This document shows, piece after piece, positions 56,652 through 64,000 of a DNA stretch of 64,000 nucleotides. Source of the DNA: Methanobacteriota archaeon. GTDB taxonomy: Archaea; Thermoplasmatota; Poseidoniia; Poseidoniales; Poseidoniaceae. Below the pieces are notes generated by a model. It saw only the letters and a list, made by a program, of their open reading frames with translations. It searched no databases and was not told the origin of the DNA. Location: the NCBI GenBank assembly GCA_002726495.1, contig PBTH01000009.1, positions 1,302-65,301 of the forward strand. Direction: 5' to 3'. The translations under genes and the position numbers were made by a program. The number at the start of each line of letters is the position of its first letter. Within the stretch, counting starts at the first letter, position 1.

Positions 56652-57091
56652 CAAGCCCCACCTCCACGTGACCATACATCCAGAGTGACGGTCCATGCGT
56701 GCGCTCCAACAACAACCAATTGATGAACTGCAACCGTCCCACCCGAAGGAGTGCCCACAGTTCCATGTGGTGTTGAAACCGAACTGTCTTTTGCTAACCA
56801 ACAATTTGCCTCTTTCCCTGGGGCAACAGCAGATTGAAGCAATTCACAAACGCCTTCACGGTCATCGTCCTCTAACAATTCTTCAAGACGATTTTCTCCG
56901 GTAAGTTCAGCATCGAGACCCAAGCCATAACGAATGGCGTCATTGCCTGCCATCTCAAGTGATGCATCCAAAGCTACTGACTGAGAGTCCGGAACATGAA
57001 CACGAATAAGAAAAGTCGCAGACATGAAAAACAGCCAAAACAGGGTCAGCATCTCAAGGATGTGAATTTGACCTTCGTCATTTGCCTTCAA
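56651..57091 (-). CDS. Pilin-like protein 1 (class III signal-peptide-like N-terminus)
   Basis: The N-terminus is MKANDEGQIHILEMLTLFWLFFMSATFLI. EGQI fits the archaeal prepilin cleavage pattern [KRDE][GA][ALIFQMVED][ILMVTAS]. Confidence 0.4.
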   Translation of the reverse strand: MKANDEGQIHILEMLTLFWLFFMSATFLIRVHVPDSQSVALDASLEMAGNDAIRYGLGLDAELTGENRLEELLEDDDREGVCELLQSAVAPGKEANCWLAKDSSVSTPHGTVGTPSGGTVAVHQLVVVGAHAWTVTLDVWSRGGGA

Positions 57092-57095
57092 CCCA

Positions 57096-58667
57096 TCAAC
57101 CCCAATAAAGCGGTGTGGGGACGAACGTCCCCTGTGAAGGATTGAGCCCTGGAATCTCGGTCACTCCAATCAAGTCGGGAGAGAATGCTACGAAATTGAA
57201 GATGACCAGAGCAACAACAATCATCATTCCTGAGTGCTTGAATCCTGTTGAAAATCGTCCGGTCGCCATTAAACCAGCCATTGAGCCATTACCCAATGCT
57301 TGCATGGTAACTCCGTAATAGAAAATTGTAAGGAAAAACAGCGGGTCAATGTTCCTAATGGTCATGTTTCCGATGGTTTGTCCACCGCTATCTCCGCCGT
57401 CGTCACCGCTTGAATTGGAACCCGCAATAGCAGGAATAAACACCTTGGCGAGAACGACGATAACACCAAGGAAAACGAAGTATGAAGTCCAAATGACAGC
57501 AATATAAGACCCAATGGCCCGTTTACGTTCACCTTCTAAGAACTTCAATTCACGGGAGTCATTGGCTGCTGTCACAAGGATATCTGAAATCTTACCACCT
57601 GCACGGTCAGCCTCAGCGATGAGGGTAATAGCACGCTTAACCAATGGTGTGCCGACACGTTCTGCAAATTGCAGGATAACATCGCTAAATTTGATACCCC
57701 AACTGAGTTGATCTGACATCTTTTTGACTTCGTCATTGAGAGCTCCATATTCAGATGTTGCAAGGGTTTGAACAGCAACGGTCATCGATAGACCACCTTT
57801 CCAATATTCTGCAAGGTCTCGAAGGAAATCGGGAAACTTTTCTTCAATCTCGTTCTTTTTGAATTCGACCCGCTCCCAATAATATGAAGCCGGGAAAATG
57901 AAGAAAAAGAACGTTAGTCCGAAAAAGTTGAGGAAAATTGTAGGATGGAGTTTAACAGGTCCGACATTGACTTCTGGACCAAGCCACAATGACATGTTGT
58001 TCATGTTTGCAGGAATGCCATCAAAGTAATGGACGGTCATATCAAAGGTAACTTTGTTCAAGTACTCGGTTTCATCAAGTGCAAGGAACATCAATTCATA
58101 ACGTGCTCCAGGCGAGATGGTGACGAGTTCTATCCCACAATCTCCTGAATTCGCAGTTCCGTTGTAATAGTCGATGATCTCTCCCGATTGTGAACGAATC
58201 GCGACGGTATAATCAGCATCCGTTGAGGCATCTACAGTGCAATTTAGCCAAAGTGGTTGAAGAATCACCGAATTTCCCGTTGCGCTATCAGGGACACCGG
58301 GGACGTCAAAATTCTTACCTCGTTTCGTCACTAAATCCCATTCTTCGCCTTCCCAAGTAACCCGGTCAGGGCGGTCTTGAAGAATTGTACATGTTTGATT
58401 GGCCTCATAATTTGGTTGCTGATTGGTTTGGAAGTATTCGCCCGTTGGATTGCCTGCTTCGTCTTGCGCAGTCGCCCCGCAATAGACATTCGTAAACATT
58501 GGTTCTCCGTTTTGGGTTGGAACAAAACCAGAGTTTGCAATCCAAAACAGCCCTGATGCGAGGCCGAGAATAATTGAGAAAAAGAGGATGATGTAAAGAC
58601 GGGACATGGTCGAGTCGTCTTTAGGGAGGTCCAAATTGACCGTGATTTTCTCTTTCTTCCGCGCCAC
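57096..58667 (-). CDS. Type IV pilus platform protein (T2SSF/TadC/FlaJ-like) with a large N-terminal extracytoplasmic domain
   Basis: One TM helix is followed by a ~220-aa domain. The T2SSF-like core then follows: FPDFLRDLAEYWKGGLSMTVAVQTLA...LVKRAITLIAEADRAGGKISDIL, plus TM helices. Confidence 0.6.
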   Translation of the reverse strand: MARKKEKITVNLDLPKDDSTMSRLYIILFFSIILGLASGLFWIANSGFVPTQNGEPMFTNVYCGATAQDEAGNPTGEYFQTNQQPNYEANQTCTILQDRPDRVTWEGEEWDLVTKRGKNFDVPGVPDSATGNSVILQPLWLNCTVDASTDADYTVAIRSQSGEIIDYYNGTANSGDCGIELVTISPGARYELMFLALDETEYLNKVTFDMTVHYFDGIPANMNNMSLWLGPEVNVGPVKLHPTIFLNFFGLTFFFFIFPASYYWERVEFKKNEIEEKFPDFLRDLAEYWKGGLSMTVAVQTLATSEYGALNDEVKKMSDQLSWGIKFSDVILQFAERVGTPLVKRAITLIAEADRAGGKISDILVTAANDSRELKFLEGERKRAIGSYIAVIWTSYFVFLGVIVVLAKVFIPAIAGSNSSGDDGGDSGGQTIGNMTIRNIDPLFFLTIFYYGVTMQALGNGSMAGLMATGRFSTGFKHSGMMIVVALVIFNFVAFSPDLIGVTEIPGLNPSQGTFVPTPLYWG

Positions 58668-58681
58668 AATCTCACCTCCTT

Positions 58682-59701
58682 CTACATGTCTTGTTCCTTA
58701 CTGCTGGTGTAAACTAAAACCGCATAGGCTATGTGAATCATTGGAATAAATCCAAGAACAATACCGTAAAGCATACCCTCACTCATCTGGGCACCGGAAC
58801 CTGATACCCAGAACATAATGACGAGCATGACGATGAGAAACAGGGGCATAGCAACAGCGACAACAATGTAAGATTCTGCAAGAAGGGCAATGGATTCCAA
58901 GAACATCTGCAGGCGAGTTCGATTTTCACGCATGTAATGTTCGGCTCTGTTAAGGAAATACAATTTGAGCTGCCCACCAGCAGTGAGTGTTCCAACCATC
59001 CCTTGGAAAAATTCTGTGAGCCATACTGATGCGGCCCGGTCAACACTCATTTTCATGGAGGTGATGAGGTCGTAACCAAGCAACGTGACATCACGATAAA
59101 CCATGGCGGCATCATCGGCCACATCTCCGTAAATGTCCTTGTGCATCGCAAGGGAACGGAAAATTTTGCTCGGTGTTGCGTTGGCTGCTGACATCGCTGC
59201 GGTATAGGATGCGGCGTATGGCAAGTACTTCTCGATCATGTCACCACGACGCTTTGCTTCTCGTGCTGCTCCACCTTTGTTGTACTTGTAAGCAGCATAG
59301 GGGACGACGAACCCACCGATAAGAATGATGATGACTTTCAAGAACGCAGGAAATACTTGAAGCGCATATTCAGGGCAACCGTTCCCCGGCAAGTCGGTGT
59401 TAATCATATCAGGATTCCAGTATTCCCACTCAAAACATGGAGCTACGGAAGAAGCGTCTTGAATTCCTTCATAGAACGCTATCACTCCAATTTCAGGGAA
59501 GAAAAAGATACCAACTACGCCCCAAGAAATAAGGGCGATGGCGACGGTCGTGACGATGACTGTTGCCAGATAGACTTCAGGCATCATCGGCATTGAACCT
59601 TTGACAAGATTGGCAGACAACTCCTTGTCATTACGGGCACGCTTACGAACCACACCACCAAGAATCCGGTTACAGATTCGCTGCCATGCCGTTAGGTCCA
59701 T
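58682..59701 (-). CDS. Type IV pilus platform protein (T2SSF/TadB/FlaJ-like)
   Basis: A polytopic protein with one T2SSF-like cytoplasmic domain (KYLPYAASYTAAMSAANATPSKIFRSLA...). Confidence 0.55.
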   Translation of the reverse strand: MDLTAWQRICNRILGGVVRKRARNDKELSANLVKGSMPMMPEVYLATVIVTTVAIALISWGVVGIFFFPEIGVIAFYEGIQDASSVAPCFEWEYWNPDMINTDLPGNGCPEYALQVFPAFLKVIIILIGGFVVPYAAYKYNKGGAAREAKRRGDMIEKYLPYAASYTAAMSAANATPSKIFRSLAMHKDIYGDVADDAAMVYRDVTLLGYDLITSMKMSVDRAASVWLTEFFQGMVGTLTAGGQLKLYFLNRAEHYMRENRTRLQMFLESIALLAESYIVVAVAMPLFLIVMLVIMFWVSGSGAQMSEGMLYGIVLGFIPMIHIAYAVLVYTSSKEQDM

Positions 59702-59725
59702 GCAATCATCCCGCCTTTGCTAAAA

Positions 59726-61273
59726 TCACTTTAATCCGTCTACACGGGCCATAATTTCATTCGGTCGCACATAGTATTCAGTTACGATTTGAGAGACTTG
59801 GTCCGCTTTTCTGATATCATTAAGAACCATCCATTCCAAAATTCTCTTTCGAGTCCTCAATTCACGTCGCATCTCTTCTTGGCTGTAATTGATCTTAACC
59901 ATGATTTTCTCAAGGACATAAGATTTACCGCTAAAGATGAAATCGTCGGTTGTAACATCCCAACGGAATACTTCGTTGGTGATGATTTCCATTGAGTTCG
60001 GGTCAATACCGACAATTTCTACAATCTGTTTGGTTCTACGAACACGCTTTCCGTTGATACGAGTCTGAATTTGAATGGCGCATGCTTCAAGAGCAGGAAG
60101 CAAAACACGAGGGATGTCAATCGGTTTGTTCTCCAACCGGTGAACAAGAGAAGCAACCGAGTCTGCGTGAACCGTGGAGTATGCGCAGTGACCTGTAGCC
60201 ATTGCCTGGAACAGAACGTAAGCCTCAGCACCACGAATTTCACCGACAATGATGTATTCTGGTCGCTCACGCAGAGCAGCTTTGAGCAACTCGAATTCCC
60301 CAATCACACCGTCTGTGGATTCACCACCGAACCCTTGACGAGTCAAACCCGGAACCCAGTTAGGTTGAGGGATGTTAACCTCACGAGTGGATTCGATGGA
60401 GACGATTTTCATCTGCCAAGGAATGAAAATACACATGGCATTCAGCGTTGTTGTCTTTCCAGACGCCGTACCACCTACAAAGAGCATTGGAACTTCGTTT
60501 TGGAAGGCAATCCAAAGATAGGCAGTCATCAAAGACGACATGGTTCGGAATGCGACGATGTCGGCAGGCGAGAACGGGTCATCCTTGAACCGGCGGATAC
60601 AGAAGGCTGAACCCCGGGTTGAAACTTCTCGGCCCAACTTCATGACAATTCTTGACCCGTCCATCAACGTAGCATCGAGAAGGGGTTCAGCGACAGAGAT
60701 GTGCTTTCCACAACGCTGTGCGAGTTTGATAACATATGACTCCAATTCATGGTCGGTTTCCCAAACACAGGTGGTTTCAACGGACTCAAATTTACGATGG
60801 TAGGCAAAAATTGGAACATTGGTACCGTCAAGAGAAACGTCCTCAACGTTAGCATCGTTCATGAGAACATCCATCTTGCCGTAGCCGATAAGGTCGCGGC
60901 GCAGGTAATAGAAAATCTTGGATTTAGATTTCTTGTTGATTTTCATGCTGTAAGCCTTGATGACTTTGTCCATGGCCGCCCGAACATATGCATCAGGATT
61001 GGAATCAATTTCTTCGATGTTTGCCGTGAGGGAACGAATGAAAATATCCATTATTTCGTCTCGCTGCTCCTGTTCTTTCTTCGTCATCGGAGGCTCAATG
61101 ATTTGGTAAATGATGTTCAATGTAGTCCGGTCACGAACGATACGGGCAAAGGCGTGAGGTGGCAAAACGGGATACTTGTCCAACTCGTCGTATTGGGCGC
61201 GTTGTTTGGCTCTTTGACGTCGTTCTCCACCACCTTTTTTTCTTGCCATGGTCATCCCCTTCGCCGAACGCAT
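59726..61273 (-). CDS. FlaI/TadA/VirB11-family secretion ATPase (archaeal type IV filament ATPase)
   Basis: It has Walker A GGTASGKTTTLNAM, Walker B PEYIIVGEIRGAEA and the His box TGHCAYSTVHA. A TTATAG element is centred about 25 nt upstream of ATG 61273. Confidence 0.85.
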   Translation of the reverse strand: MRSAKGMTMARKKGGGERRQRAKQRAQYDELDKYPVLPPHAFARIVRDRTTLNIIYQIIEPPMTKKEQEQRDEIMDIFIRSLTANIEEIDSNPDAYVRAAMDKVIKAYSMKINKKSKSKIFYYLRRDLIGYGKMDVLMNDANVEDVSLDGTNVPIFAYHRKFESVETTCVWETDHELESYVIKLAQRCGKHISVAEPLLDATLMDGSRIVMKLGREVSTRGSAFCIRRFKDDPFSPADIVAFRTMSSLMTAYLWIAFQNEVPMLFVGGTASGKTTTLNAMCIFIPWQMKIVSIESTREVNIPQPNWVPGLTRQGFGGESTDGVIGEFELLKAALRERPEYIIVGEIRGAEAYVLFQAMATGHCAYSTVHADSVASLVHRLENKPIDIPRVLLPALEACAIQIQTRINGKRVRRTKQIVEIVGIDPNSMEIITNEVFRWDVTTDDFIFSGKSYVLEKIMVKINYSQEEMRRELRTRKRILEWMVLNDIRKADQVSQIVTEYYVRPNEIMARVDGLK

Positions 61274-61371
61274 TTTGCTACAATCTATCCCCGACTATAA
61301 CACTTGGGTGAAAATTTGTTTCAAAACGGCCCCCTGCGGTCATTTTGCCCAAAGCCACCCTGCAAGTTTTT

Positions 61372-61926
61372 TCACGCGGTTTTTACCGAGTGCAACCACG
61401 CTTCGCAAGCGGCAACAAACGCGTCTAAATCGAGCTCATTGGAGATCACCGTATCTGCTTCTGCAATGAGAACATCAAGCCCCCACCCGACCTCACGCTG
61501 ATTTCGCACCTCAAAAGCAGCACGATCGCCATCCTCGGAGCGACCTCGTTGTTGAATTCGCACGAATCTTAGTTCCTCTGACGTATCGATTGCAACCGTT
61601 TGAAATTCATCGTTCCAACGAGAAGAGAACACAGTCCGTTCTGCCGTGCCCCTCAATCCTTCAATCAGAACAATCGAGTGGTTTTGAAGCAATTCATCAA
61701 CCCGGTCTCCAAGACGGACTGCAAGCACATCCTCTCCAAATTCTGCTCGTAATTCAGCGGCAACCTCACCAAATATACTTGGGTTTTCAGGCAACTCCCT
61801 GGAGCGAACTTCAGCCCGAACCATATCGCCCATTGAGACAACAGGAATGCCTTTGTTTGAGAGAACTGCAGCGAATTCGCCTTTACCTGACCCGGGCATT
61901 CCGCAAACTGCATACACCTGAGCCAT
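61372..61926 (-). CDS. UPF0200-like P-loop nucleotide kinase
   Basis: It begins VYAVCGMPGSGKGEFAAVLSNKGIPVVSMGDMVRAEV. The start is set at ATG 61926. Confidence 0.5.
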   Translation of the reverse strand: MAQVYAVCGMPGSGKGEFAAVLSNKGIPVVSMGDMVRAEVRSRELPENPSIFGEVAAELRAEFGEDVLAVRLGDRVDELLQNHSIVLIEGLRGTAERTVFSSRWNDEFQTVAIDTSEELRFVRIQQRGRSEDGDRAAFEVRNQREVGWGLDVLIAEADTVISNELDLDAFVAACEAWLHSVKTA

Positions 61927-61982
61927 GAAGTAGGCCTGTGAGTGACGCTCAAGAACATACCCCCAATTGGAGACAAAACAAT

Positions 61983-63680
61983 TCAGTTTGAGAACTCTGC
62001 TCGACCCCAACGGCGGTCCATGAGTTTCCAAAGTACGCCTGAGGCAAAAATGAGGAAAATTGAGATGACAATCATCCCCATGTAACCCTGCTGAACCATT
62101 GACTCATCGTACATTTGCGAGGTTGCAGCAAGGCCATCTTGTGATGCCCGCTCCCACCAATTACCGTACAATGAAACATCACCTTGAGTAAAAGAAAGTA
62201 AAAATAAACCAAGCAAGGGAAGGACAGTCCCAATCCAAAACCAGATCATTATGGATGCATCAAAAATAGCCTTGTTCGGACGAAGTCCCATGAGAAACGC
62301 CGTCAAGGCGACAATGTATATCGAATTGGCAAACATAACAATGATGCTTGTTGGCAGCGATGCCCATTCGTCCAATCGCCACGCCATAAGAACGATAAAA
62401 ATCAGTGAAATCCATGATGTGGCCAAGAAATATACGACCACCTTTGCACGAATTAAATCGGGCACCTTGAGAGGCAATCCATTCATGAAATCGGGTGAAT
62501 CAAGAATGGTTAACCATGAATAGAAATTGAAACCAAAGAAGCCCAAAAACGGAGCATACGACAGTAAATTAATCGGAATTGGTGCTTCTGCGAAGTCAAC
62601 CAACCAAGCCATTCCAAGCAAGACAAGTAGCGGAATGGCGTAGGAAACCGTCATTTTCTTGATGGCGCCAGAACGAAACAGATCCACGAATTCTTTGGCG
62701 ACAATAAGTCGGATTTCTCCACGTCCAAGGAAATTCAACCGGCCATAAATCGGTGCGAGAAGGTCGCCTCGTTCAACAACGCTAACATCAAAATCATCCA
62801 ATATCAATATTGAAGCAACAAAACCAAGACCAATAGAGAACAATAATCCGCCGATAATGAACAATCCGTTTTGGGTTGATTGGGCCACCAAGCCCCAAAG
62901 AAGCAGTTGAGTTGGGAGCCATCCTAAACCAACTCCAATTCCTAGAACAACAATGGCGAGTGGCCCTATTACTGTGTAAGGCCGACCCCTCAGCCATAGG
63001 GAAGAGGCAAGAAATGAAAGTGCGAGTCCTTGACCAAGGGTAGTCGCCATGGCAAGCCATGTCCAAGGAAGCGAGGTCCACAGAAGAGGTGTGCGAATTC
63101 CTGCGACTCCATCGAGAAGAATTCCGAGCGCCATTCCAAGGATAATTGGAGTGAGAATCAGCATAACATAGAATGCTAAATCCTTCATAAAATATGCAAA
63201 ATGAGCCATTGAATTTGGGAGTGGTTGCAATGCTGGAGCTGCAAGAAGGAAGTTCTTTGAACCCGTTCTACGAATAATCGCGTCTCGGCCAATGAAAGCA
63301 AATGTTCCCATCCCCAATGAGAACATGAACAACGGGAGATGCAAAGCAAAGCGTAATTCCTGCCAGGTGAACGTTTTGTTATCAATATCTGAACTCTGTG
63401 CAGCGGAATCCCCTACCAGAAACTGCAACCCAATGGTCGAAATAGCCGTTACGAGGGTGAGTAGCAATGGAAACAAGACCATTTGTCGTTTCTTTGCAAA
63501 TTCTACGCTTTTTCGGCCTTCTTCAACGAACATGGCCCGGAAGGTTGCTGAGAATGCTTTCCATCCCCGTAGAGGTTCAGTCAGCATCGCTCCATGAGAT
63601 GATGTACCAAGAGATGGTACACGTTCAGGAACCTCATTATCCCATGTTCGTGATTCGATAAAGGAGGCTCCCAAGATCAT
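61983..63680 (-). CDS. Polytopic membrane protein, probable permease partner of the upstream ABC ATPase
   Basis: More than 10 hydrophobic helices. Its ATG overlaps the ATPase stop as ATGA. Confidence 0.45.
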   Translation of the reverse strand: MILGASFIESRTWDNEVPERVPSLGTSSHGAMLTEPLRGWKAFSATFRAMFVEEGRKSVEFAKKRQMVLFPLLLTLVTAISTIGLQFLVGDSAAQSSDIDNKTFTWQELRFALHLPLFMFSLGMGTFAFIGRDAIIRRTGSKNFLLAAPALQPLPNSMAHFAYFMKDLAFYVMLILTPIILGMALGILLDGVAGIRTPLLWTSLPWTWLAMATTLGQGLALSFLASSLWLRGRPYTVIGPLAIVVLGIGVGLGWLPTQLLLWGLVAQSTQNGLFIIGGLLFSIGLGFVASILILDDFDVSVVERGDLLAPIYGRLNFLGRGEIRLIVAKEFVDLFRSGAIKKMTVSYAIPLLVLLGMAWLVDFAEAPIPINLLSYAPFLGFFGFNFYSWLTILDSPDFMNGLPLKVPDLIRAKVVVYFLATSWISLIFIVLMAWRLDEWASLPTSIIVMFANSIYIVALTAFLMGLRPNKAIFDASIMIWFWIGTVLPLLGLFLLSFTQGDVSLYGNWWERASQDGLAATSQMYDESMVQQGYMGMIVISIFLIFASGVLWKLMDRRWGRAEFSN

Positions 63681-64000
63681 TCCTCCGCATCTGAAATTCC
63701 TTCCTCAGTAAATCGTTCAACGTCTTCAATAGAGTGGCCAACAAGCCGAATAAAGACATCCTCAAGTGTTTCGTCTGGAGAGGTTTTCAGGCCTGAAACA
63801 GTGCCTGCTGCAAGCACCTTACCGTCGTTTATTATCGCCATACGATTGCACATCCTCTCCGCCATTTCCAGTACATGGGAGCAGAGGAAAATAGTACCAC
63901 CTTCCGCCACATGGTCAAGCAACCATTGGCGGCATTTGCGTTGATAAATTGGGTCCAAGTTTGCGAAAGGTTCGTCCAAAAACAACAACTTGGGACGATG
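63677..64000 (-). CDS. ABC transporter ATP-binding protein, C-terminal part (the gene continues off-window)
   Basis: It has Walker B RPKLLFLDEPFANLDP and the H-loop region IFLCSHVLEMAE. The reading frame is open to the window edge. Confidence 0.8.
   Translation of the reverse strand, partial: HRPKLLFLDEPFANLDPIYQRKCRQWLLDHVAEGGTIFLCSHVLEMAERMCNRMAIINDGKVLAAGTVSGLKTSPDETLEDVFIRLVGHSIEDVERFTEEGISDAEE

Noticed and set aside
56214-61273. The locus might be an archaellum (fla/arl) operon.
   Set aside because: It has no archaellin genes and no FlaF/G/H or FlaC/D/E genes. The platform is split into two single-domain proteins, unlike FlaJ.

Overview
This 64-kb chromosomal fragment reads as archaeal. 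All family calls come from motif recognition by eye, with no searches run. Archaeal markers are CDP-archaeol synthase CarS, Orc1/Cdc6, a TBP-fold protein, archaeal-type PPAT and DUF359 dephospho-CoA kinase, a FlaI-like pilus ATPase and an HTH_10 regulator. The large TM-anchored surface proteins and acyl-CoA metabolism genes suggest a marine planktonic euryarchaeon (Poseidoniales/MGII-like), but that is inference only. I call about 52 CDS and one tRNA-Gly(UCC). I saw no rRNA, CRISPR array, transposase or integrase. The main finding is a tightly coupled minus-strand operon at 6299-16672. It encodes a FabI-type enoyl reductase, a ~2,930-aa Pfa/PKS-like megasynthase (KS-AT-KS-3xACP-KR-DH) and an Sfp-type phosphopantetheinyl transferase. 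It converges on carS and a membrane-anchored alpha/beta hydrolase. All three tandem carrier domains carry Thr where the phosphopantetheinylated Ser is expected (LGIDTVKQAE). Other notable items:
- a PPAT-DPCK fusion
- a TBP paralogue lacking the DNA-intercalating Phe residues
- an EF-Tu-like protein with degenerate G motifs
- a Tad/Epd-like type IV pilus locus with a split platform
- ORB-like dyads near orc1/cdc6
- a lone BoxB/PaaA-like diiron oxygenase
- several large orphan surface proteins
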